Assembly: GCA_040289265.1 (NCBI GenBank)
Contig: PSKW01000001.1
Coordinates: forward strand, 656,359-720,358
Source: Gemmataceae bacterium
Lineage (GTDB): Bacteria; Planctomycetota; Planctomycetia; Gemmatales; HRBIN36
Length of the DNA: 64,000 nucleotides
Direction of reading: 5' to 3'
Shown here: positions 1 to 8,244 of the stretch, piece after piece
How the letters are laid out: the number at the start of each line of letters is the position of its first letter
Position numbering within the stretch: the first letter of the stretch is position 1
The notes under the pieces: generated by a model
The model's database searches: none
Told to the model about the DNA's origin: nothing
What the model saw: the letters and a program-made list of their open reading frames with translations, nothing else
Translations under genes and position numbers: made by a program

Positions 1-340
1 GTCCTTCGACCAGCACGTCTATATGACCGATTGGAGATTCCTTCGATGCTGTTCCAGTCACAATTTCCTCTTGGGACGACCTTACGATTTTTGATTCGAA
101 AACCTCTCCTCCCTTAGCAACAAGAGCTGAGGCACTTGCCAGCATATTCCATAGTTTTCCCTCTAAGGTCTTCACGGCGCCCTGGACGCTTTGAATTTCC
201 TTCCCACGCTGGCGAACGGCATCAATCCGCTTCTGCTCGACTTCTGCTAGCTTTTGAATTATTTTTTCCGTGTCAATCCCACTCATCACTCCAGAAAATC
301 TTACGGCCTGGTTCAGTCCCAGAATTGGCACACCGCCCAT
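1..340 (-). CDS. fliD: Flagellar filament cap protein FliD, N-terminal part (the gene runs off the left edge)
   Basis: My own minus-strand translation from the ATG at 338-340 gives MGGVPILGLNQAVRFSGVMSGIDTEKIIQKLAEVEQKRIDAV... This matches the FliD N-terminal SG(L/I)DT..II..L..E pattern. A GGGAGGG SD lies upstream and the gene sits directly downstream of fliC. It is absent from the ORF track because it is edge-truncated. Confidence 0.7.
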   Translation of the reverse strand, partial: MGGVPILGLNQAVRFSGVMSGIDTEKIIQKLAEVEQKRIDAVRQRGKEIQSVQGAVKTLEGKLWNMLASASALVAKGGEVFESKIVRSSQEEIVTGTASKESPIGHIDVLVEG

Positions 341-381
341 GATGACCTAGCCCTCCCTGTTTTATTTCGACTGACTCCTCT

Positions 382-431
382 AAAAAGCACTGGGGAAATG
401 GCCAGTTACTGCTACCGCCCATTTCCCCAGG
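382..431 (-). terminator. Intrinsic terminator after fliC
   Basis: On the minus strand there is a 12-bp perfect stem: CTGGGGAAATGG (revcomp of 419-430) pairs with CCATTTCCCCAG (revcomp of 390-401). The loop is 17 nt and is followed by TGCTTTTT. Confidence 0.6.
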
Positions 432-534
432 TCTCCTCGGTGCTCGAATTCCCTTTGTGTCAAGTCACCGACTAGTGACAACTCCCATCGTCTCAGCCTA
501 GCTCCCTTGCTGCCACGGTCCACAGCCCTAGCCG

Positions 535-1959
535 TTACCTCCCGAGAAGGGCTAGTACCAACTGGGGTATTTGATTCGCATTCGCGAGCACTGAAATACC
601 GGTCTGCAACAACACCTGGTATTTCGTGAAATTCGCCACTTCTTCTGCAAAATCTGTGTCCCTAATTACGGACTCCGCGTTTACAGTGTTCTCTAGCGTT
701 GTCCTCAGGTTATTAGCAGTTGCTTCTAGGGTATTCTGTTGAAACGCTCCCAACAGACCTCGCAAATTGGTAATGTCATCAATTGCTTGATCTATCACTT
801 TTATCGCATCGTTAGCACCAGATGTAGTCCTAATGTCAATATCGCTGAGGTTGGCAAACTGGCTACCAGCAACTCCCAGGCCTAAGGCTGAGGTGCTCAC
901 ACGAGATATCGCAACTTTTGCCGTCTGATTGGAGTTGGGACCAATTTGAAACTGCAGTGAATTATCTGTAACCACCACGTTACCCTGGGCGCCAGTGACA
1001 GTTTTCACGTTGAACGTAGTGCTGTCCACTCCAATGGCAATCGAAAGGCCCCTTGCAGCACCCGAGGTAGCCGTGAGCACGTTTCCCTGTCCTGACGCGG
1101 CTACCCCTCCAATCGTTCCAGCGACATTCACGCCGGTATCCGTCTGCACAGCTGTCCCGAAGCCGCTGCTGTCATTAGCTGCGGCACGGTTAGATTGAAC
1201 CGTGATGCTGGCGGCCGAGCCAAAAGCAACGGTCCGCAGGACAGTTTTGTTAGTGACTGAATCATCCTCCGCAACCACCCCTGTTTGACCGCTATATTCA
1301 TTTATTCTCGCCTGAACCTGAGCCCTTGTCATTCCGGCGTTCAATACAATATTCACTCCATTGATCGTCAAAGTCTCGTCGTTTGCCAAGACACTTGTCT
1401 GCGCCGTACCGGCAGTTATCGTAGCCCTTTCTCCCTGTGTCGTAATCACAACTGCATAAGTACCGGAAGCAGTGTCACTTGTTGCCCGCAAAAAGGTAAC
1501 ATCAGTGTCGTCTGGTGTGCCAAGCACTCCAGCTGAGCCATCGAGAATTTTTTTCGTCCCAAATTGTGTGTTCTTCGCAATGCGATCAATTGTCTCCAGT
1601 ATGTTCTTAATTTCTGCCTGATTGGCAGCCAAAGCATCGCTATCGTTCACCCCAGCATTAGCACTATCCAAAGCAAGACTTCGCGCTTTCAGCAAAAGTC
1701 TATTTATCTCATTCAAAGCGCCCTCAGCAGTCTGCACCAGCGACACAGCCTTGCCAGCGTTTTCGATCGCCTGTTGCAGGCCAGCAATTTGCGCTCGCTG
1801 CTGCTCAGATATTACCAGAGCGGCAGGCCCATCGGCGCCACGGTTAATTTTCAATCCACTAGACAGTCGTTCCAACGACTTCGCCAGAGCGCCCGACGTC
1901 CTCGTCAAGTTATGCTGACCAGTCAACGAGGGTACATTGTTCGTGATCACCAAACCCAT
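535..1959 (-). CDS. fliC: Flagellin
   Basis: 474 aa. The conserved flagellin N-terminus (NNVPSLTGQHNLTRTSGALAKSLERLSSGLKINRGADGPAALVISE) and C-terminus (RDTDFAEEVANFTKYQVLLQTGISVLANANQIPQLVLALL) are both present. SD AAGGGAGA precedes the ATG. Confidence 0.95.
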   Translation of the reverse strand: MGLVITNNVPSLTGQHNLTRTSGALAKSLERLSSGLKINRGADGPAALVISEQQRAQIAGLQQAIENAGKAVSLVQTAEGALNEINRLLLKARSLALDSANAGVNDSDALAANQAEIKNILETIDRIAKNTQFGTKKILDGSAGVLGTPDDTDVTFLRATSDTASGTYAVVITTQGERATITAGTAQTSVLANDETLTINGVNIVLNAGMTRAQVQARINEYSGQTGVVAEDDSVTNKTVLRTVAFGSAASITVQSNRAAANDSSGFGTAVQTDTGVNVAGTIGGVAASGQGNVLTATSGAARGLSIAIGVDSTTFNVKTVTGAQGNVVVTDNSLQFQIGPNSNQTAKVAISRVSTSALGLGVAGSQFANLSDIDIRTTSGANDAIKVIDQAIDDITNLRGLLGAFQQNTLEATANNLRTTLENTVNAESVIRDTDFAEEVANFTKYQVLLQTGISVLANANQIPQLVLALLGR

Positions 1960-2033
1960 GTTGTCTCTCCCTTAACCTAGTGCCCCTAAATCTCGAGAAC
2001 ACTTCCCACTTCGACTACAACTCACCTAAAGTC

Positions 2034-2059
2034 TTATCGAACGGATTTTCGGATTTTTG
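2034..2059 (-). promoter_or_regulatory. Candidate sigma28 (FliA)-type promoter for fliC
   Basis: The minus strand reads GCAAAAATCCGAAAATCCGTTCGATAAG. TCGATAA resembles the sigma28 -10 consensus GCCGATAA. An A-rich element lies 14-19 nt upstream. The site is about 75 nt upstream of the fliC ATG. Confidence 0.35.
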
Positions 2060-2155
2060 CCCCATCAACGACCGATTACCCATTTTCATCCACACCTCAA
2101 TCCATTCACATTTATCATTTAGCTACTCATCAACACAAGGGCTACAGCTGTCAAA

Positions 2156-2173
2156 CTCGATTACCTCGATTAC
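2156..2173. repeat. Perfect tandem 9-mer CTCGATTAC x2, followed by C, between flgM and fliC
   Basis: Read directly from the sequence. An 8-bp palindrome ACAGCTGT lies about 10 nt to the left. Function unknown. Confidence 0.9.
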
Positions 2174-2217
2174 CTACGCGAAAATATGTTTCCTCAAATA
2201 CATTACACTTATGCGAT

Positions 2218-2532
2218 TTATCTGGCATTTTCGGATTCTAGCATAATGGCCCTTGCGACCTTTTCAGCTGAATTGAGGGTAAGATAGGCCCCACTTGCGA
2301 CTTGCCTCGCTACACGCTCCAAAACCTCCGCCCTCATCTCTGGCGCTTGCATTGCAAGGGCAATGAGCACAAGGACTTCCGGAGGCCCGTACTCTTCCAA
2401 GCGCTCAGCACCAACACTCTGAGTGTTCTCTCCAGTAGGCCTTAGCTCCTCTGAGGACCCTAATGGCACCTGAGCAACCACTGGTTGTGGTAGCCCGTCT
2501 ATCCGCATGGTATTCTCTCCGCTCTCCTTCAT
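2218..2532 (-). CDS. flgM: Anti-sigma-28 factor FlgM-like protein
   Basis: 104 aa. The C-terminus (RAEVLERVARQVASGAYLTLNSAEKVARAIM) matches the FlgM signature R..kV..iK..I.sG.Y.vd.ekiA..ll. The gene lies next to fliC. An alternative start is possible at M9 (2508). Confidence 0.6.
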   Translation of the reverse strand: MKESGENTMRIDGLPQPVVAQVPLGSSEELRPTGENTQSVGAERLEEYGPPEVLVLIALAMQAPEMRAEVLERVARQVASGAYLTLNSAEKVARAIMLESENAR

Positions 2533-2596
2533 GTCTTATATCGTGACTTGGCGTCAGAACTTGCGTGAATACTGACGGTTATCGAATTGCCCAGCA

Positions 2597-2619
2597 ATTC
2601 TCAGGCCAGCCCTGAGAAT
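2597..2619. repeat. Perfect 9-bp inverted repeat ATTCTCAGG-ccagc-CCTGAGAAT in the divergent flgM / 2739-ORF intergenic region
   Basis: Read directly from the sequence. It lies 10 nt upstream (flgM sense) of a TTCGATAA element at 2579-2586. Confidence 0.9.
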
Positions 2620-2738
2620 CTGCCTCCCAGGTACACAAGCACCATCTCAACCTCAGCAACTGAGCTTGACAACACCAGGTCAAGATATTACCCTTTACCA
2701 ATGGGACCCATACCTATCAGCCGTGATCCGAGCATCAA

Positions 2739-4331
2739 ATGCTTACCATTGCACCACACCGACTGATTCTTCCAATCTTGGTTACTGTAAACGCCTGCAT
2801 AACTTTTGCACTAATCACCCAATTGTCTCACATTCGCACATTGGAACTGAAAGGCCAGACTGATACGTTATCACATGCCTCTCTTCAATTTTGTCCAAAA
2901 ACCGAACCAAACTCTGCTGACGTCGCTAAGAGCCTAGAGCTTGCTGACCTACTCCTTTTCTCAGATCCCGATCATGCTCTCCGAATATATTCCGATCTAA
3001 ATCGCAACACACAAGGTCCGTCTCTCACGTTGAGGTTAGCGATGTGCCATGAACTTCTGAATAACACCGATCAGGCTGTTGATCTTTACCAACACGTCAT
3101 CAAAACTAGTCCCGATCCTCTCCAGCTTGAAATTGCCCATTTCCGTTGCGGACTTATCCTATTAAAAGCCAACCAAATAGCTTCTTTGCATTACTTCTCC
3201 TTTCTCCTGGAACAGCCTAACTCCCCTTTTTACTCCATAGCCTTACTTCTTGCCTGTTACACCCTAGCGCACATTACGGAACAGCACGACGGACAGGTGG
3301 TTGTCACCCCCACGCCAACAGAAGAAGATGCTTCACGACGTGCTTTCCTCGATCAGTTCACTGTGCCAACCATCTCATCACCTATAATACTGAGCCGCCC
3401 CTTGACCGCTTCAATTTTTTGTTTGCCAGACACAGTCAATTTCCTAGAGCCATTTTCCTTTCTTCCCTCCCACCTCTCCGAGCACCGCATCTGGAATCAC
3501 CCTCCTTCCTCAACAGTCACAGGCAGCCCTTTTACTCGTCAACAGCAATGCAACCCATTCCTTCAACTTGCTTTGCCACAGCCGTCTCACACTGTTCTAC
3601 CTTCAAATCGCCAGCATTACCTGGGGCGGCACTTGTCCCGAGACAGAACTACCCAGCTCCTCCTACATTTTCTTTCACTAGGCCATCAGAAACCCCTCGC
3701 TTCTCTGGCTTACCTTCTGCTCGGCAACTTGCATCATAGCAACCTGCCTCACGCAATATACTGGTACGAGCGAGCTGCCTCGTCAGGCTCTCCCCTTTCC
3801 CTTCGTATTCCCGCCACCTACAATCTCGCCCAATGTCATTATCTTCGTGGCCATCCCCAATTGGCATACCGTTTCTACCTTGCCACAGCGGAGAGCCCCC
3901 CCTGTACTCCCCTCGCGCCTATTGCTTATCTCAACGCAGCATTGATTGCTGATCAATTAGGCGATTACCAAACTGCCATTCTTTTAGCTCACCGTTGTCG
4001 CTCAATGAAGCCAACTGCAACGCTTCGCGATCTATCAACCGTTCTACTCCTGTCAGCCACCTTAGCCCACTACCAACAGATACCTGAATCACTGAAAACC
4101 AGGGTTCTATCTGAATCTCCCATGGAATGCCATTTATCCGGGTTCGTTAATTTCCTACTGGTATGGAGCAAACATCTTACGTCGAAGTCGCGATCCACAA
4201 CTGAAAAAACTTTACAAGACCTACTTAAAGCCCTCACAGCACTTCCTAAACAATTCCCTCCCGGCATTCCAAACTCCTACATCAGCCACATCGGGACAGC
4301 CAAGGCGCATATCGGCCTAGTTAGTGACTAA
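2739..4331 (+). CDS. Hypothetical membrane-anchored TPR-like protein (orphan in the flagellar locus)
   Basis: A 530-aa ORF in roughly 45-50% GC DNA is unlikely to stay open by chance. It has an N-terminal hydrophobic helix (LILPILVTVNACITFALITQL). TPR-like helical repeats are visible (ALRIYSDLN..., AIYWYERAASSG..., AYRFYLATAE..., DYQTAILLAHRC). Confidence 0.5.
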   Translation: MLTIAPHRLILPILVTVNACITFALITQLSHIRTLELKGQTDTLSHASLQFCPKTEPNSADVAKSLELADLLLFSDPDHALRIYSDLNRNTQGPSLTLRLAMCHELLNNTDQAVDLYQHVIKTSPDPLQLEIAHFRCGLILLKANQIASLHYFSFLLEQPNSPFYSIALLLACYTLAHITEQHDGQVVVTPTPTEEDASRRAFLDQFTVPTISSPIILSRPLTASIFCLPDTVNFLEPFSFLPSHLSEHRIWNHPPSSTVTGSPFTRQQQCNPFLQLALPQPSHTVLPSNRQHYLGRHLSRDRTTQLLLHFLSLGHQKPLASLAYLLLGNLHHSNLPHAIYWYERAASSGSPLSLRIPATYNLAQCHYLRGHPQLAYRFYLATAESPPCTPLAPIAYLNAALIADQLGDYQTAILLAHRCRSMKPTATLRDLSTVLLLSATLAHYQQIPESLKTRVLSESPMECHLSGFVNFLLVWSKHLTSKSRSTTEKTLQDLLKALTALPKQFPPGIPNSYISHIGTAKAHIGLVSD

Positions 4332-4441
4332 TAATATGCAATCTATCGACTTCCCTTCGGTGCACAGATTCCGTAACATTTACTCCATCACCCTGACCCA
4401 ACCTAAACCGTAGACATGAAAAATCCGATACATCAACTGCT

Positions 4442-5206
4442 ATGCACTGTAAAGACGTAATACGCATATTCAACCTAACCGTTCTGCTGCTGCTATCCTT
4501 TTGTCATGTTCCCTTATTAGCCCAACATCAGACAACAGCGCACGATGTCGGTCTCCATCACCGACGCTTGTCCATTGAGCGTTCGCTTCTACAAGATCTT
4601 TTCCCAACACTTCCATCAGCTACGACTCCCTCTTCGTCACACTCTTATCCCTCAGGACAACTTATAACGACCCTGCTTGCCAACCTTCGGGACATCAGTT
4701 CAAGCAAAACGGCGTCCGCAGGTAAAAGCGCACAGTCTGATTCACCTGGCGGCCCCAAGCCCCAAAAAGACCTACCCAACCGTCCCCATCATGTTACCCA
4801 GAAGTCTATTAACTACCGCCTTCCAGATCAACCCAGTCTCCTTCCACAGCAAACCAATAAAACTGCCTCACTACAAAAGCCTTCCACCACTGACGTTGTC
4901 ATTCAGCTATATCTAGCTAACGACCACCAATCACTAGCTGATATTCTTCTCCGCGAAAACAAATCAAATCCGCACAACCGCGATCCACTACTAACCTACA
5001 TGCGCTGCTCACTGTACCGGCACCAAGGCACCTTTGCGTCTGCCTTACAGGAACTGGAGAATTTTCCCAAGACCACAACCCACCCTAGCCTTCTCGAGTC
5101 TTTCAACGCCCTTGCCGATTCAGCACATCAACAACGTGACATCTTCGCGAATATCTCAGCAGCTCGTAACACGCTCACAAAGCTACAACAGTCAGAAGTG
5201 AAATAA
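4442..5206 (+). CDS. Hypothetical secreted protein, S/P/T/H/Q-rich
   Basis: 254 aa with a signal-like N-terminus (IFNLTVLLLLSFCHVPLLAQ). It ends 35 nt before the sigma54 activator on the same strand. Confidence 0.45.
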   Translation: MHCKDVIRIFNLTVLLLLSFCHVPLLAQHQTTAHDVGLHHRRLSIERSLLQDLFPTLPSATTPSSSHSYPSGQLITTLLANLRDISSSKTASAGKSAQSDSPGGPKPQKDLPNRPHHVTQKSINYRLPDQPSLLPQQTNKTASLQKPSTTDVVIQLYLANDHQSLADILLRENKSNPHNRDPLLTYMRCSLYRHQGTFASALQELENFPKTTTHPSLLESFNALADSAHQQRDIFANISAARNTLTKLQQSEVK

Positions 5207-5241
5207 GGTATCCAACAAGCTAAAAGCCCTCTACACCTACA

Positions 5242-6327
5242 ATGACACCAATGCATACATCCGTACAGCACATTTCGCAATCCGTCCAAGTAATTAGCTC
5301 CAGCTCTTCTACTTCTTCACCTTCTGTCGCGCTAAAAAGAAACGTTGACGGGTTGGAGAACTTTCTCACCTCCGGCGATCATTCGGGTCCACTGGCTCTC
5401 CTTAGATCTCCGCGTATGCTACATCTCCTGAAAATAGCTATCACCGTTGCAAACACCGACGCACCCATCCTCATCGAGGGTGAGACTGGAACAGGGAAAG
5501 ACGTTTTAGCACACTTTGTCCATCGCCACAGCACTAGATCCACTGGACCACTGGTCCTTATCAACTGCGCTGCCATACCCGAAACCCTTTTTGAAGGGGA
5601 AGTCTTTGGCTTTGAAAGGGGATCGTTTACCGGTGCGTTGAACACAACGCCCGGCAAATTCGAACTGGCCAGCGCTGGAACCCTTGTCCTCGATGAAATA
5701 ACTGACTTGCCTATCTCTCTCCAGGCGAAGCTATTGCGAGTAATCGAATCCCAAGCTCTTTACCGAATCGGTGGAACGCGACCTATTCCCGTCAATCCCA
5801 GGATCATCGCTATTAGCAATAGACCTGTTTGGAAAAGCGTTACCAACAAACGCTTTCGCTCTGACCTCTATTTTAGGCTCTCCACCGTAGTCTTGAACGT
5901 TCCGCCCCTCCGAGAACGCAAAGAAGATATCCTGCCTATTGCTACGTATTATTGCGAACTTTTTTCCCACAAGTACAACAAATCGCCGATGACTTTAAGC
6001 GATGACGCTAAAACCGTTCTTTTAGACTATGATTGGCCAGGCAATATTCGCCAATTACGTAATATCATTCACAGAGCTGTACTTTTCTCCCAGTCAGCTA
6101 CTATTTTTGCGCATAACCTCACGGGATTCGAACATAGCGCTGTTGAACTTGACTCTAATGATGACCTAAATCTAGAAAAACTAGAGAAGAAGGCCATACT
6201 TATGGCTTTGCGTTCAACCAAAGGAAATAAGACCCGAGCAGCTAAATTACTAGGTATTACCACGAAGACACTATATAATAAAATCAAGACCTACTCCATA
6301 TGCCTACAGGATGCCGCGCCCCCTTGA
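5242..6327 (+). CDS. Sigma54-dependent transcriptional activator (bEBP) without a recognisable N-terminal sensory domain
   Basis: It has a AAA+ Walker A (GETGTGKDV) and a GAFTGA-loop variant (FGFERGSFTGAL). The RVIE and LYFRL motifs are present. The C-terminus carries a Fis-type HTH (TRAAKLLGITTKTLYNKIK). Only about 65 aa precede the AAA+ core. Confidence 0.9.
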   Translation: MTPMHTSVQHISQSVQVISSSSSTSSPSVALKRNVDGLENFLTSGDHSGPLALLRSPRMLHLLKIAITVANTDAPILIEGETGTGKDVLAHFVHRHSTRSTGPLVLINCAAIPETLFEGEVFGFERGSFTGALNTTPGKFELASAGTLVLDEITDLPISLQAKLLRVIESQALYRIGGTRPIPVNPRIIAISNRPVWKSVTNKRFRSDLYFRLSTVVLNVPPLRERKEDILPIATYYCELFSHKYNKSPMTLSDDAKTVLLDYDWPGNIRQLRNIIHRAVLFSQSATIFAHNLTGFEHSAVELDSNDDLNLEKLEKKAILMALRSTKGNKTRAAKLLGITTKTLYNKIKTYSICLQDAAPP

Positions 6328-6444
6328 CTAGGTAACCTGTCAACACACAATGTATAGCTTACATAGCTTGCTCCATCTCATCCAGGGCACGTTCTCTAAC
6401 TAGTTACACATTACATACTAAGGGCTTCTGTCTCCCCATTCGTT

Positions 6445-6460
6445 CGGCACACCGTTTGCA
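6445..6460 (+). promoter_or_regulatory. Candidate sigma54 (-24/-12) promoter upstream of the fliK-like gene, flgD and flgE
   Basis: cGGCAC-accgt-TTGCA has the exact GG-N10-GC spacing of the TGGCAC-N5-TTGCA consensus. It ends 25 nt before the ATG at 6485. Confidence 0.5.
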
Positions 6461-6484
6461 TCGGTTTTCTGGTGGGAGACCGCT

Positions 6485-7849
6485 ATGGCCCAGAACGTTT
6501 CGGCATCGAGCACCTTACCGTTCTCTCCGACACCAAGCAATCGGGATACAGCCTTTGGCACAGCTCCCACGGCCTCATCTCTTCTACCAAGTCAGAAGAC
6601 GGATACCTCACCCTTTGCTCGGGCGCTGCTCTATGCAGAGTCGAACGACAAGAATCAGAACATCAAGCCATCAAAAGAAAAGACATCTTCTCCGTTGCAG
6701 GCCAATGTCTTCTTTTTCGACCCCGGAATTCTCTTTTCCCTTTCTGTACCTTCGCCTCCTCACCTAAGTCCCTCGGCCCATTTAACACTACCGACTGACA
6801 TCCTCTCCTCACGCCCTGCCGCGGATCGGATATTGCTCGCCAACGAGCACTGCGTACAAAGCACGGAACCTTCTCTTCGGCCCTTGGCTATCCTCACCTC
6901 AAGTCCTACTGCCAAAATAAGCTCCCAGCAGTTGACATCCTCAGCTTTTCCACTATCCTTCGAAGGTTGGTCAAATGACGATCGCTTGCTTACCTTAAAA
7001 TCTCCTACAACCACCCCGCCTTACCTCTACAAGAACGTGCCAACAACTCCCACCCCGGGCGCTGAACTTGAGTCTCTTGCCGATACGGTAACTTATTCTT
7101 CCACGCAGGACCTATCCGCGTCTCCCGGGGCCTCAAATGCCTCATCATCGCGCTGGCTATTCTTCAGTCCTACTGACCACTCCCTGGTTTTGCTGAATCA
7201 TCCGGATGGCCACATTAAAATTACGAATTTACTGCTAACGCACCCATATCACCATGCCAACCAAGACACTTCTGGCGCGGGAAGTTCACCGCAAGTTAGT
7301 AGAGACCAAAGGTTAAGCACGTCCAACGATTCGGGCCACATTTTTAATCTCACTACCCACTTAACGTCTCCTGACACATCGATGCGCTCCGTGAATACCG
7401 ACGTTTCGTACTTTGGGCGGATTTCCTCTGGTGCTGTTACAGATCTATCCTATAACTTTTCACCTACTAACCAAACGAATCACCATGCAATACATCTGAG
7501 GCTTGAGGTTCCGGCAGACGATATTGGACCCGTTACGATAAAGATCACAGCAATAGACAATACTATCAATACCCAGGTCTGGTCGCAGAACGAAAGCGGC
7601 AGCCAATTTTTTAACTCTCAGTTCGACGCATTTAAGTCATCTGTTGAAAAACACGGCATAACACTCAATGCGTATGTTGTCAGCGACAATTCACGGGGAT
7701 CAGATTATAGGCATCAGCAGACACACGACAGCTTAACTACAGAAGCATTGCGCCTGCACAGTAACATTAGGACCGCCCGACAGGACACAGTCTTAAATGA
7801 CGTAGCTGTCGGTTTAGATGGATATGCGCTGGTCAATTTGATTGCGTAG
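6485..7849 (+). CDS. fliK: Probable flagellar hook-length control protein (FliK-like), highly divergent
   Basis: The gene sits immediately upstream of flgD-flgE. It has a long S/P/T-rich N-terminal part. The C-terminal block (IHLRLEVPADDIGPVTIKITAIDNTINTQVWSQNESGSQFF...FKSSVEKHGITL) resembles the FliK C-terminal domain pattern. Confidence 0.5.
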   Translation: MAQNVSASSTLPFSPTPSNRDTAFGTAPTASSLLPSQKTDTSPFARALLYAESNDKNQNIKPSKEKTSSPLQANVFFFDPGILFSLSVPSPPHLSPSAHLTLPTDILSSRPAADRILLANEHCVQSTEPSLRPLAILTSSPTAKISSQQLTSSAFPLSFEGWSNDDRLLTLKSPTTTPPYLYKNVPTTPTPGAELESLADTVTYSSTQDLSASPGASNASSSRWLFFSPTDHSLVLLNHPDGHIKITNLLLTHPYHHANQDTSGAGSSPQVSRDQRLSTSNDSGHIFNLTTHLTSPDTSMRSVNTDVSYFGRISSGAVTDLSYNFSPTNQTNHHAIHLRLEVPADDIGPVTIKITAIDNTINTQVWSQNESGSQFFNSQFDAFKSSVEKHGITLNAYVVSDNSRGSDYRHQQTHDSLTTEALRLHSNIRTARQDTVLNDVAVGLDGYALVNLIA

Positions 7850-7858
7850 GAGGACTCG

Positions 7859-8215
7859 ATGCAAGCTGTCACTCTGAATAGCAACCTAGCTCGTGAAGAG
7901 TTTATGCGTTTGCTCATTACACAACTGAAGAACCAAAATCCTCTCAATCCCATTTCAGATACGGACTTTGCAACGCAGCTGGCACAATTTTCTATGCTGG
8001 AAGGGATTGAAAAGCTCAACAATTCCTTTGCTGGCTTTGTTGCTTCTGAGCGCCTGCTCGGTGCGAGCTCACTTATTGGGAAGAGGGTCACGGTTCCCTC
8101 CATGGAAGACGCCGTAGCACGTGTTGAAGCGGTCCGAGTGCAATCTGGCGACCTCCATTTAATTACTGATAAAGGTATATTGTCTTTGTCAGATGTAACC
8201 ACGATTACTAGCTAG
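7859..8215 (+). CDS. flgD: Flagellar hook capping/assembly protein FlgD (short form)
   Basis: The FlgD N-terminal motif FMRLLITQLKNQNPLNPISDTDFATQLAQFSMLEGIEKLN is present. Confidence 0.85.
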   Translation: MQAVTLNSNLAREEFMRLLITQLKNQNPLNPISDTDFATQLAQFSMLEGIEKLNNSFAGFVASERLLGASSLIGKRVTVPSMEDAVARVEAVRVQSGDLHLITDKGILSLSDVTTITS

Positions 8216-8244
8216 GCTCCAGCTAATTACGGAGGATCGTGCAA

